Shown here piece by piece: positions 37,437-46,762 of a stretch of 64,000 nucleotides of DNA. Below the pieces are notes generated by a model. It was not told the DNA's origin. It searched no databases and saw only the letters and a list, made by a program, of their open reading frames with translations. A program made the position numbers and the translations under genes. Source of the DNA: an uncultured Actinomycetes bacterium (GTDB lineage: Bacteria > Actinomycetota > UBA4738 > HRBIN12); the NCBI GenBank assembly GCA_963816425.1, contig CAWFKP010000006.1:875678-939677 (forward strand), in the 5' to 3' direction. The stretch's first letter is position 1. Every line of letters begins with the position of its first letter.

Positions 37437-38619
37437 GGCGGTTCTCGCATACAGCGGCGGACTCGACACGTCGGTCACGATCCGGTGGCTCGCCGAGCGG
37501 GGGTACGAGGTGCACGCGGTCGCGGTGGACGTCGGCCAGCAGGAGGACTTCGAGGGCGTGATCGAGCGGGGCCGTCGAGCGGGCGCGGCGAGCGTTCGGG
37601 TGATCGACGCGGTGGAACGGTACGCCGCCGACTATCTGACGAAGGCGATCAAGGCCAACGCGATGTACGAAGGCAAGTACCCGATGGTCTCGGGTCTCGC
37701 CCGGCCCGCGATCGCTCAGGAGGTCATCGCGGCGGCCCGCGAGGTGGGCGCCGCGGTAGTGGCCCACGGCTGCACCGGCAAGGGCAACGACCAGGTCCGC
37801 TTCGAGGTGTCCTTCGCCGTGCTCGCACCCGACCTGACCGTGCTCGCGCCGATCCGCGACGACACGATCCCGCGCGAGAAGGCGATCGGCCTAGCGGAGG
37901 AGTGGGGGATCCCCGTCGCGACCGTCGCGACGAAGTACTCGATCGACGAGAACCTTTGGGGACGCACGGCGGAGTGCGGCCCGCTGGAGGACCCGTGGGT
38001 CGCCCCACCCGAGGACGCTTTCGCGCGAACGGCGTCGCCGCCGGACCGGCCAAGCAAGTCGGCGGAGATCGTCGTGACGTTCGATCGCGGCATCCCGGTC
38101 GCGCTGGACGACGAGACGAAGACCCTGCCGGAGGTGATCCGCGCGCTCGACCGGCTGGCGGGGAGCTACGGGTTCGGCCGCGTCGACATGATCGAGAACC
38201 GCCGCGTCGGCATCAAGAGCCGCGAGCTCTACGAGGTGCCGGGCGCATTGTCGATCATCGCTGCGCACCGGGCTCTGGAGGATGTCACCCTCGAGCGCGA
38301 CCTCGCGCACCACAAGCCCGGCATGGAGGCGCGCTGGGCCGACCTGGTCTACGACGGGCAGTGGTTCTCGCCGCTGCGCGAGGCGATCGACGCCTACATC
38401 GATCAGACGCAATCGCACGTGACCGGCGAGGTGCGCCTGCGCTACGAGGCAGGGACCTGCACGGTCGTGGGCCGGCGCAGCGACCACTCGCTCTACGACC
38501 TGTCCCTGGCCACCTACGGTGGAGACGACGCGTTCGACCAGTCGGACTCGCGGGGCTACGTCACGCTCTATGGCCTCCCGCTCAAGGTCTGGTCGTCGAA
38601 GCAGCGTCAGGGCGCATGA
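37426..38619 (+). CDS. argG: Argininosuccinate synthase
   Basis: 397 aa. AYSGGLDTS, HGCTGKGNDQVRFE, ENRRVGIKSRE. Confidence 0.95.
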   Translation: MGDKAVLAYSGGLDTSVTIRWLAERGYEVHAVAVDVGQQEDFEGVIERGRRAGAASVRVIDAVERYAADYLTKAIKANAMYEGKYPMVSGLARPAIAQEVIAAAREVGAAVVAHGCTGKGNDQVRFEVSFAVLAPDLTVLAPIRDDTIPREKAIGLAEEWGIPVATVATKYSIDENLWGRTAECGPLEDPWVAPPEDAFARTASPPDRPSKSAEIVVTFDRGIPVALDDETKTLPEVIRALDRLAGSYGFGRVDMIENRRVGIKSRELYEVPGALSIIAAHRALEDVTLERDLAHHKPGMEARWADLVYDGQWFSPLREAIDAYIDQTQSHVTGEVRLRYEAGTCTVVGRRSDHSLYDLSLATYGGDDAFDQSDSRGYVTLYGLPLKVWSSKQRQGA

Positions 38620-40007
38620 GCGAGGAGAAACCCGGCCAGCTGTGGGCCGGGCGGTTCTCGACGCCACCGGCACAAGAGGCCGAGGCGCTCGGCCGCTCGC
38701 TCGAGTTGGACGGGCGGCTCGTCTTTGAGGACGCTCAGGCGGGGATCGCACACGTGGCGGCGCTTCGCGACGCCGGGCTGGTGACTGCTGAAGAACAGGA
38801 GCGTCTCGGCACCGCGTTGGTGGAGGTACGTGACGCCGTCCTGCGCGGGACCTTCGCGTTCGATCCTCACGACGAAGACATCCACTCGGTGATCGAGCGA
38901 GGTGTGACGGATCTTCTGGGCGACCTCGGCGCGAAGCTGCATGCGGGGCGCTCCCGCAACGACCTCGTCGCGACCGACGTTCGGCTGTATCTGCTCGCGG
39001 TGTCGGGAACGATCACGGCGGATCTTCGCGCGCTCGCCCGGGCGCTTGTCGCGCGCGCCCGGGAGCACGCGGCGGACCCGATGCCGGGCTCGACCCACGC
39101 GCGTCCCGCGCAGCCCGTGACCGTCGGCCACCATCTGTGCGCACACGCGTGGCCGTTGTCGCGAGATCTCGGCCGGTTCGCCGATTGGAGAGGACGATCG
39201 TCGGCGTCACCCCTTGGCGCGGGGGCGCTGGCCACCTCGACGCTCGGACTCGACGCGGCCGCGACGGCCGAGCGCCTCGGATTCGACCGTCCGTTCGAGA
39301 ACTCGATCGACGCGGTCAGCGACCGCGACGTCGTGCAGGAGTACGTCGCGGTCTCATCGATCTGTGCGACACATCTGTCGCGGCTGGCCGCCGATCTCGC
39401 GCGGTGGACCGATCCCGCGCTCGGCTGGGCCGAACTGGACGAAGGTTACTCGACCGGGTCGAGCATGATGCCCCAGAAGCGGAACCCCGATACCGTCGAG
39501 CTCTCCCGCGCGAAGGCCGCCCGGATCGCCGGTGACTTTGTCACGCTCGCCGCGATCCTCCACGGCTTGCCGCTCGGCTACCAGCGCGATCTGCAAGAGG
39601 ACAAGAGGCCCGTGTTTGATGCGGTCGACACGCTCCCTGCCGTGCTGCAGGCCCTCAGGGGGGCGGTGTCGACGCTCTGGATAGACGCGGTCGCGATGCG
39701 GGCAGCGTGCGACGACCCCGGTCTCTACGCAACCGACGTTGCCGAGGCGATGGTGCGCGCCGGCGTGCCGTTCCGCGAGGCGCACCGCCGCACCGGTGAC
39801 CTCCTGAAGCGGCTCGACGCCGAGGGTCGGTCTCTGCGCGACCTCACCGCCGAGGAGTGGGCGGCCGCAGGCGTGCCGGATGGTGCCGCCATGCTCAACC
39901 CCGATCGCTCGATCGCGGCGCGACCGGGTCCCGGCGGTCCATCCACTGTCAGCGTGATCGCCCAGTGCGACGCCCTCGAGGCGCTGCTAGGCCCGAAGGC
40001 GCCGTAG
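38616..40007 (+). CDS. argH: Argininosuccinate lyase
   Basis: ATGA overlap with argG. LWAGRFS, GRSRNDLVATD, and the fumarate-lyase signature GSSMMPQKRNPD. Confidence 0.95.
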   Translation: MSEEKPGQLWAGRFSTPPAQEAEALGRSLELDGRLVFEDAQAGIAHVAALRDAGLVTAEEQERLGTALVEVRDAVLRGTFAFDPHDEDIHSVIERGVTDLLGDLGAKLHAGRSRNDLVATDVRLYLLAVSGTITADLRALARALVARAREHAADPMPGSTHARPAQPVTVGHHLCAHAWPLSRDLGRFADWRGRSSASPLGAGALATSTLGLDAAATAERLGFDRPFENSIDAVSDRDVVQEYVAVSSICATHLSRLAADLARWTDPALGWAELDEGYSTGSSMMPQKRNPDTVELSRAKAARIAGDFVTLAAILHGLPLGYQRDLQEDKRPVFDAVDTLPAVLQALRGAVSTLWIDAVAMRAACDDPGLYATDVAEAMVRAGVPFREAHRRTGDLLKRLDAEGRSLRDLTAEEWAAAGVPDGAAMLNPDRSIAARPGPGGPSTVSVIAQCDALEALLGPKAP

Positions 40008-41063
40008 CGCCGCGACCCCGAACGCCATCATCGCGACGGCGAAGATCGCGAGGGCGGCAAGCTCCGTCGTGATCCCTCTGAAACCGACTCCCGCGAGCAT
40101 GACCTCGCGGAGCGCTCGCACCGCGTAGGTCATCGGAAAGAGCTTGGAAAGCCACTGCAGCGGCGGCCAGAGCGTTCGAACCGGCCAGAACAGCCCCGAG
40201 AGGAACACCTGGGGCAACAGGACGAGCGGGATGAACTGGATCACCTGCAGCTCGTTGCGCGCCTCGAACGAGAGCGCAACCCCGAGGTTCACCACGCCCA
40301 GCACCAGCAGGATCAGGACGGCGAACACGAGCCATACCGGGCCCGAGACTTGCGCGTGCAGGACGAGCGTGGCGTACCCGAGGACGATCAACGTCTGCAG
40401 CATCGCGAATGGCAGGAACCCCAGCATGTACCCGCCGAGGATCTCCCGGGTCTGGATCGGCGAGGCCAGGAGCCGCTCCAACGTCCGGGACTGGCGTTCC
40501 CGCAGGAACGACACGCTCGTCAGCATGAACGTGAACAGGAACGCGAACACCGTGATCATCGCCGGCGCCGCGTAAGAGATCGTCGACGGACGGACGTTCT
40601 CACCGAGGGAGACACGCTCGACGACAAGTCCAGGCACGTCGCCGCTCACCGGTTGACCTTGCGACTCGGCCGACGCGAGCGACGCGGCCCGCACGATCGG
40701 GCTTTCGACCTGCACATCGACGCCGGGCACGAAGACGGTGAGTGCCGGGGCCGGCGGCTTCCCGGGGACGGCAGCGAACCAGATGAGACCGTCCAGTTCG
40801 CCGTCGCGCACCATGGAAAGCCCGGTGTCGCCGTCGAACACGTCGACCACGTCGATGCCCTGCTGCGTGCGGATTGCTTGGGTGAACGTCGGCGTCGTCG
40901 ATCCCACCAGACCCACTTTCAACGGCTCCTTGCCGCTGTCGCCGACCATGTAGCCGATCAGGATCATGACAACCAGGGGCGTGATCACCAGCAAGCCGAG
41001 CGTGCGGCGATCGTGCCGGAACGTCCGGGCGATCCGGACCGCGAGCGCGCCTACCCGATTCAT
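39987..41063 (-). CDS. ABC-2 type transporter permease
   Basis: Start at MNRVGALAVRI (ATGA overlap with the ATPase stop). One N-terminal TM helix, a large extracytoplasmic loop, and 5 C-terminal TM helices. Its 3' end overlaps argH by 21 nt. Confidence 0.82.
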   Translation of the reverse strand: MNRVGALAVRIARTFRHDRRTLGLLVITPLVVMILIGYMVGDSGKEPLKVGLVGSTTPTFTQAIRTQQGIDVVDVFDGDTGLSMVRDGELDGLIWFAAVPGKPPAPALTVFVPGVDVQVESPIVRAASLASAESQGQPVSGDVPGLVVERVSLGENVRPSTISYAAPAMITVFAFLFTFMLTSVSFLRERQSRTLERLLASPIQTREILGGYMLGFLPFAMLQTLIVLGYATLVLHAQVSGPVWLVFAVLILLVLGVVNLGVALSFEARNELQVIQFIPLVLLPQVFLSGLFWPVRTLWPPLQWLSKLFPMTYAVRALREVMLAGVGFRGITTELAALAIFAVAMMAFGVAALRRLRA

Positions 41064-41788
41064 GCGCCGCCCTCGCCGCGCAGCCGCAGGAACGCGGCCT
41101 CGATCGTGTCGACGCCCGCGCGCGCCCGCAGCTCGTCGGCCGTGCCCACGTCGAGGACGCGACCGTCTGCCAGGAACGCGATCCGGTCGCACCGGTCTGC
41201 CTCGTCCATCACGTGCGTGGTGACCAGGATCGTCGCGCCTGCATCGCGCAACGTCGTGAACTCGTGCCACAGGTGCTGGCGCAGTTCGGGGTCGATACCG
41301 ACGGTCGGCTCGTCGAGCAGCAGGATCGGCGGGTCGTGGATCATCGCGCACGCGAGGTTCGCGAGCTGGCGTTGCCCGCCCGAGAGCTCGTGCACGGGTC
41401 GATCTGCCTTGTCGGTCAGCCGCAGCAGCCCGAGCAGCGTGTCGCCACGTCGTCGTGCGTCAACCTTCGGCACGCCATAGACGCGCCCGAAGAACGCCGT
41501 GTTCTCTCGCACCGACAGGTCGTCGTACAACGCGGCCGACTGGGTCATGTACCCGAGGCTCGAGGCGACGGCTCGCCCCGGTTGTTGCCCGAGCACGGTG
41601 AGCGCGCCTTCGTCGGGCGGGACGAGGCCGGCGATCGCGCGGATGAAGGTCGACTTACCCGCACCGTTCGGTCCGATCAGACCGAGGATCTCGCCGGTTC
41701 GGACCTCGAGCGACAATCCATCGAGCGCACGCACGGGGCCGAACGACTTCACGAGTGCGTCGGCCCGGATCGCGATCGCATCCATCAC
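41060..41788 (-). CDS. ABC transporter ATP-binding protein
   Basis: Walker A GPNGAGKST, signature LSGGQRQ, Walker B ILLLDEP. ATG at 41785 is an alternative start. Confidence 0.92.
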   Translation of the reverse strand: MMDAIAIRADALVKSFGPVRALDGLSLEVRTGEILGLIGPNGAGKSTFIRAIAGLVPPDEGALTVLGQQPGRAVASSLGYMTQSAALYDDLSVRENTAFFGRVYGVPKVDARRRGDTLLGLLRLTDKADRPVHELSGGQRQLANLACAMIHDPPILLLDEPTVGIDPELRQHLWHEFTTLRDAGATILVTTHVMDEADRCDRIAFLADGRVLDVGTADELRARAGVDTIEAAFLRLRGEGGA

Positions 41789-41797
41789 CCGGAGCCT

Positions 41798-41838
41798 AGA
41801 ACCAGAAAGGCCGCCGCCGGTTTCCCGGCGACGGCCTT
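41798..41838 (-). terminator. Intrinsic terminator downstream of cspA
   Basis: 14-bp GC-rich stem (41807-41820 / 41825-41838) with a 4-nt loop. The single mismatch is a G-U wobble only on the minus-strand RNA. The stem is followed on that strand by UUUCUGGUUCU. Confidence 0.65.
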
Positions 41839-41864
41839 CCTTCGTACCTTCGATCGGTCAGCGG

Positions 41865-42068
41865 TTAGCTGACGACCTTGACGTTCGCGGCCTGCGGGCC
41901 TTTCTGCCCGTCGGTCACGTCGAACTCCACCTGCTGCCCCTCTTCGAGGTTGCGGTAGCCATCACCCGTGATCGCGGAGAAGTGCACGAACACGTCCGGA
42001 CCACCGTCCTGCAGGATGAAGCCGAAGCCCTTCTCGGGGCTGAACCACTTCACGGTTCCTGTCGCCAC
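41865..42068 (-). CDS. cspA: Cold-shock protein (CspA family)
   Basis: 67 aa. GTG start after GGAGGG. RNP1/RNP2 motifs ([24 protein letters not shown]). Confidence 0.93.
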   Translation of the reverse strand: MATGTVKWFSPEKGFGFILQDGGPDVFVHFSAITGDGYRNLEEGQQVEFDVTDGQKGPQAANVKVVS

Positions 42069-42251
42069 TGGCGATTCCCTCCTTCCTCGGCCCGGCCGGG
42101 CGTGTTGCTGAAGCGATTGCCCGCCGGCCTCCGGCGCCGAAGCACCGGTGAGGGAACTGCTTCCAGCTTGGTACTGCGATGCGGAACCCTCGGGGAGAAC
42201 CATACCTGACCAGGGGCGCACGTTGCATCCCCCGTTCGTTACCCTGACCCT

Positions 42252-42965
42252 ATGGATCGACCCTTCACGTCGGCGATGGTGCTGTTCGCCCACCCCGACG
42301 ACGCCGAGTTCATGTGCGGGGGAACCGTGGCGGCCTGGACCGGTGCGGGCACCGACGTCCACTACGTCGTCATCACGGATGGATCGGCCGGCTCGAACGA
42401 ACCGGGGCTGTCGCGCCAGGAGATCGCGGTCTTCCGGGAACGTGAGCAGCGGGCCGCCGCCCAGGTGCTGGGCGTGAAGTCGGTGACGTTCCTGGGGGAG
42501 ACCGACGGGACGCTCGAGGTGACCCTCGACACTCGCCGGAAGGTCTGCCGGGAGGTCCGTCGGCTGCGCCCCGAGGTGCTGGTGGCCCCCGATCCCGCCC
42601 GCCTCTGGTACGGGAACGGGTACATCAACCACTGGGACCACAAGCAGGCCGGGTTGCTTGCGCTGACCGCCGTCATGCCCGACGCCCCGACGCGACCGAT
42701 GTTCCCCGAGCTCCTCGATGAGGGATTGCAGCCGTTCGAGGTGCCGAATCTGTGGCTCGTCACCGACGATGCGGACACCTTCGTCGACATCTCGGCCACG
42801 ATGGACACCAAGTTGGCGGCGCTCGCCGCCCACGAGTCGCAGGGAACGGCGGCCGCCGAGCCGCGGGTTCGCGAGCGCGCCGAGGAGACGGCCGCGCGCT
42901 CGGGCAACGGCGCCCGCTACACGGAGGGATTCAAGGCCTTCCGGTTCGTTGACGACGAGGACTAG
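42252..42965 (+). CDS. PIG-L/LmbE family deacetylase
   Basis: 237 aa, intact. [34 protein letters not shown]. Paralog of the frameshifted gene at 5881..6622. Confidence 0.88.
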   Translation: MDRPFTSAMVLFAHPDDAEFMCGGTVAAWTGAGTDVHYVVITDGSAGSNEPGLSRQEIAVFREREQRAAAQVLGVKSVTFLGETDGTLEVTLDTRRKVCREVRRLRPEVLVAPDPARLWYGNGYINHWDHKQAGLLALTAVMPDAPTRPMFPELLDEGLQPFEVPNLWLVTDDADTFVDISATMDTKLAALAAHESQGTAAAEPRVRERAEETAARSGNGARYTEGFKAFRFVDDED

Positions 42966-42992
42966 GGAACCCGCCCGGCGGGGGGTACTGGC

Positions 42993-43505
42993 ATGAGTGA
43001 AGAATTTCCGATCCCCGAGGAGCCGTACGAGCTCACGGAGGAAGAACGCGCGGACATCGAGGCCGATCTGACGGACCTCGCGCAGATGCATTCCATCTTC
43101 TCGCCCCAGAACGTGAAGGGCGTCGTCATCGCCTGCCAGGAATGTCGGCAGAACCATTTCTACGAATGGGCCCTGCTGCAGGACAACCTCCAGCACATGC
43201 TCGACACCGGCGAGCCCCGCATGCACGAACCTGCGTGGGACATCGACGAGACCGAGTACATCCAGTGGGACTACGGCAAGGGGTTCGTGGATGCCCTCAT
43301 CGACAATGGGATCGAGCCGGGACGCATCGTCGGCCTGACCTCGTGCCCCTACTGCGAGACGCCCTTCGACGCCACCTTCCGCTTCTGCCCCGCCTGTGGC
43401 CGGCAGCTGGCGCTGATCCGGCTGTTCAACGAGCTCTTGGAGCGCGGGATCGAGGAGCGCGAGGCGCGCACGATGCTGGTGCGGGCGGGCTTCGACCCGT
43501 TCTAA
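42993..43505 (+). CDS. DUF5319-like protein with C-terminal zinc ribbon
   Basis: 170 aa. Acidic N-terminus. [22 protein letters not shown]...PRMHEPAW...[10 protein letters not shown] resembles the actinobacterial DUF5319 family. Then CPYC...CPAC. Confidence 0.55.
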   Translation: MSEEFPIPEEPYELTEEERADIEADLTDLAQMHSIFSPQNVKGVVIACQECRQNHFYEWALLQDNLQHMLDTGEPRMHEPAWDIDETEYIQWDYGKGFVDALIDNGIEPGRIVGLTSCPYCETPFDATFRFCPACGRQLALIRLFNELLERGIEEREARTMLVRAGFDPF

Positions 43506-43541
43506 GTCCGCTCTCGGACGTGCGGACGTCGGCGCGGGACC

Positions 43542-45239
43542 GTGATGGCCCGCCAGGGTGCGGTGGCCCTATCGACGGACGCGGGGCATCATGGCTCAAT
43601 GCGCGTCGAGACCCGTGACGACTTTTCGGGCTGGTACCTGCTGGCGCTCGCCACCCCGCTGGCCGGGCTGGCGCTGTTGCTGGGGATCCCAACGCTCGAT
43701 GCCCATTGGGAGCACCATCCGTCGCATTTCTGGTTGGTGATCGGCATCGCGCTCCTGAATGTCGCGCTCGGCCTGATCGTGAGCGAGGTCTCGCACCGCA
43801 GCGGTGACCAGCGGCTGTTCCTCGTGTCCATGGTGCTCCTCATCAGCGCCGGATTCCTGGCCCTACACGCGCTGGCGACGCCCGGCGTCGTGCTGAGCGG
43901 TCCGAACGGCGGGTTCGTCCTCGCGACGCCTGTCGGCCTCCTTCTCGCGTCGGGGTTCGCGGCGCTCTCAGCGATCGAGATGGACGGGCACACCGAGGCG
44001 ATGTTCCGTCGGTGGCGCTCCCCGATGCGGATCGGCTCCGTGGTCGTGTTGCTGGCATGGGCGGTGGCCTCGCTCGCGGGCGTTTCTCCGCTCGACGAGG
44101 TGATCGACGCGGAACGGGCACCGTGGCTGCTCGTGCTCCTTCCGCTCGGCGTGGGCGCGTACGCGTTCGCCGCATGGCGATACCTCCGGATCTACCGGGA
44201 GCGGAGACGGCCGCTGCCCCTCGCCGTGGCCGTTGCGTTCGTGTTCCTGGGCGAGGCCCTGATCGCGATGGCGTTCGGTCGTGCGTGGCGGGCGTCGTGG
44301 TGGGAGTGGCATGTCTTGATGGCGGTGGCGTTCGCCACGATCGTGTTCGCCGCGCGGCGTGAGTACCGACGAGCTCCGTCCTCCTTGGGGACCTTCGGGG
44401 GCATCTATCTACAGCGGACGCTGGAACAACTCGACCGGCGTCAGTCGTCGGCCCTCGCCGAGCTGGTGCACGCGGATACCGAGGGCACGATCGGCGCGAC
44501 GGCCGATGACCTCCGGTCGAAGGGCTTCACCGCCGCCGAGGTCGCCGTCATGACGGACTCGGCGCGCGAGCTGGCTCGTATGGACGGCGTCCTGCGCCAG
44601 TACGTCGGGCCGCAGCTCGCCGACCGTCTCGGCGCCGACCCGAGCCTCGCCGAACTGGGAGGACACGAACAGGAGGTCTCCGTTCTCTTCGCCGATCTCT
44701 CGGGGTTCACCTCGTTCGCGGAGGGCCGGTCTGCGACAGAGGTGATCGACATGCTCAACGCCTACTGGGGCGCGGTCGTTCCGTTCGTGGTGGACCAGGA
44801 GGGAGGTTTCATTGAGCGGTTCGCCGGCGATGCGGTATTGGCGGTGTTCAACGCGCTGGGCGATCAACCCGACCACGCTGCCCGGGCTCTGCGTGCCGCC
44901 GTTGCGGTCCGGGACCGGTCCGCCGATGTCCGGAGCTCGGATGACTGGCCACAGTTCCGTGTCGGCGTCAACACCGGCGTCGCGGTGATCGGCAACGTGG
45001 GAGCGGGGGCCCAGCGCTCCTTCGCGGTGATCGGCGACACCACCAACATCGCCGCTCGGCTGCAGGGGCTCTCCACGCCCGGGCACATCACGATCAGCGG
45101 TCGCACGCTGGACGAGGCGAACGCCGAGCCAGACGTGATCGTCGACGTGCGATCCCTGGGCCCCACGGATCTCAAGGGCAAGACGGAGCAGACAGAGGCG
45201 TTCGAGCTGTTGTCCGTCGGTGCCACCGCACCCGAGTGA
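43542..45239 (+). CDS. Membrane-anchored class III adenylate/guanylate cyclase
   Basis: About 8 N-terminal TM helices, then a cyclase homology domain ([53 protein letters not shown]). ATG at 43599 is an alternative start. Confidence 0.88.
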   Translation: MMARQGAVALSTDAGHHGSMRVETRDDFSGWYLLALATPLAGLALLLGIPTLDAHWEHHPSHFWLVIGIALLNVALGLIVSEVSHRSGDQRLFLVSMVLLISAGFLALHALATPGVVLSGPNGGFVLATPVGLLLASGFAALSAIEMDGHTEAMFRRWRSPMRIGSVVVLLAWAVASLAGVSPLDEVIDAERAPWLLVLLPLGVGAYAFAAWRYLRIYRERRRPLPLAVAVAFVFLGEALIAMAFGRAWRASWWEWHVLMAVAFATIVFAARREYRRAPSSLGTFGGIYLQRTLEQLDRRQSSALAELVHADTEGTIGATADDLRSKGFTAAEVAVMTDSARELARMDGVLRQYVGPQLADRLGADPSLAELGGHEQEVSVLFADLSGFTSFAEGRSATEVIDMLNAYWGAVVPFVVDQEGGFIERFAGDAVLAVFNALGDQPDHAARALRAAVAVRDRSADVRSSDDWPQFRVGVNTGVAVIGNVGAGAQRSFAVIGDTTNIAARLQGLSTPGHITISGRTLDEANAEPDVIVDVRSLGPTDLKGKTEQTEAFELLSVGATAPE

Positions 45240-45757
45240 ACCCGGGGCTCCCCGGTGCCCGCTCGTCCGATATCCTCCGCGCGATGAGTTACAGCTGGCT
45301 CAAGTTCCTGCACATCGCCGCGGTGCTGGCGCTGCTCGGCACCCATGGCGTCTCGATGACGGTCCTGTACGCGATCCGGCGCGAGCGCGACCGGGCCAAG
45401 ATCATGACGATGATGGCGCTGTCGGGCCAGGCGACCATCCCGATGTACGTCTCTATCGGCGCGGTCGTGCTGTTCGGCGCGCTGCTGTGGATCAAGGTCT
45501 ACGACCTCGGCACGACCTGGCTCTGGGCGGCGCTGGTGTTGCTGATCGTGATGGTCGGACTCATGACGGCGACGGCCAAGCCGTATTTCGCCCGGGTGAA
45601 GGAGGCCTGTCAGCTGCGTCCCTCGGGCGTGCCGCGGGTCTCCGACGAGGAACTCGCGGATGTGCTGCGGTCATCACGCGCCTACCTGATCACCGCGATC
45701 GGTGTGATCGGGACGTTGGCGATCCTGTACCTGATGATCTTCAAGCCGAAGCTCTAG
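45236..45757 (+). CDS. Small integral membrane protein (DUF2269-like)
   Basis: 4 predicted TM helices ([15 protein letters not shown]...). GTG at 45236 overlaps the cyclase stop (GTGA). ATG at 45284 is an equally plausible start. Confidence 0.55.
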   Translation: MNPGLPGARSSDILRAMSYSWLKFLHIAAVLALLGTHGVSMTVLYAIRRERDRAKIMTMMALSGQATIPMYVSIGAVVLFGALLWIKVYDLGTTWLWAALVLLIVMVGLMTATAKPYFARVKEACQLRPSGVPRVSDEELADVLRSSRAYLITAIGVIGTLAILYLMIFKPKL

Positions 45758-46752
45758 GCCGGCGGCAGCGGCCGCGCCGCGGGGCCGTTGACGACCTCGC
45801 CGACTTCGGAGAACCGCGAGCCGTGGCACGGGCAGTCGAACGTCTTCTCACCGGGGTTCCACGCGATCGTGCAGCCGAGGTGCGTGCACCGCGCTGAGAA
45901 CAGGTGCTGCTCGCCCTTCTTGTCGACGAACACGGCGAGCTTCTCGCCGCGGCGCTCGATCACGCCGCCCTCGCCTTTGCCGAGCTCCGACGCGATCTGG
46001 ACGACCGTGCGACACAGGAGCACGTCACGCTCGGCGCCGACGAGCACGGTCTCGGGCACGGAGCCGAGCAGCATGCCCTTGGTTCCCTGCAGCCCCTTGT
46101 TGCCGATCACGACGAGGTCCGCGTCGAGCTCCTGGGCGGTGCGCAGGATCAGATCGGCGGGATCGCCCTGCAGCAGCTTCACCTCGGTCTCGATGCCGCG
46201 GCCGTAGACCTCGATCGTGTCCTGCATCACCAGCTCGCCGGTCGCGGGGTGGCCGACGAAGACGAGCGTGACGGACGACAGCAGCTCGCGCGCGAGATCG
46301 AACCCCTTGCGCGCCGCACGGTCGGCCGTGGCCGAGCCGTCGCTCGCGATCACGATCCGGCCATAGGGCGCGTGCGGGTCACGGGCCCCCGCGGACACCA
46401 GCAGCAGATCGCAGGGGCAGTGCTTGGCGAGCCACCGTCCGAGCTCGGACAGCGGCTGTCCGTCGCCGCGCGCGATCGCGATCAAGCCGGCGTCGAGGTC
46501 GTCGGCCGCGGCCACGAGCGCGTCGCCCGCGCGACCGGCGACGGCCTCCGCCGACAGCTTGGACGAGCGCATCCCCGCCGCCTCGGCCGCCTCGAGGGCG
46601 CCGGACAGGATGTCCTCGGCGGCGTCGGCCGAGGACGATCCGGTGACCGCGACGAGCTTGGACGAGACCGCCCGCGCGATCGTCGCGGCCGTCTCGCCGG
46701 CCCGTGCAGCGGCGGGCGATCCGTCGGTGCCAAGGACGATGCGACCCCACAT
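45754..46752 (-). CDS. Tandem universal stress protein domains fused to a Rieske [2Fe-2S] domain
   Basis: 332 aa. USP1 ([12 protein letters not shown]...). USP2 with an ATP-binding motif ([18 protein letters not shown]). C-terminal Rieske ligand boxes CTHLGC and CPCHGS. Confidence 0.85.
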   Translation of the reverse strand: MWGRIVLGTDGSPAAARAGETAATIARAVSSKLVAVTGSSSADAAEDILSGALEAAEAAGMRSSKLSAEAVAGRAGDALVAAADDLDAGLIAIARGDGQPLSELGRWLAKHCPCDLLLVSAGARDPHAPYGRIVIASDGSATADRAARKGFDLARELLSSVTLVFVGHPATGELVMQDTIEVYGRGIETEVKLLQGDPADLILRTAQELDADLVVIGNKGLQGTKGMLLGSVPETVLVGAERDVLLCRTVVQIASELGKGEGGVIERRGEKLAVFVDKKGEQHLFSARCTHLGCTIAWNPGEKTFDCPCHGSRFSEVGEVVNGPAARPLPPA

Positions 46753-46762
46753 GCCGTCGAGG

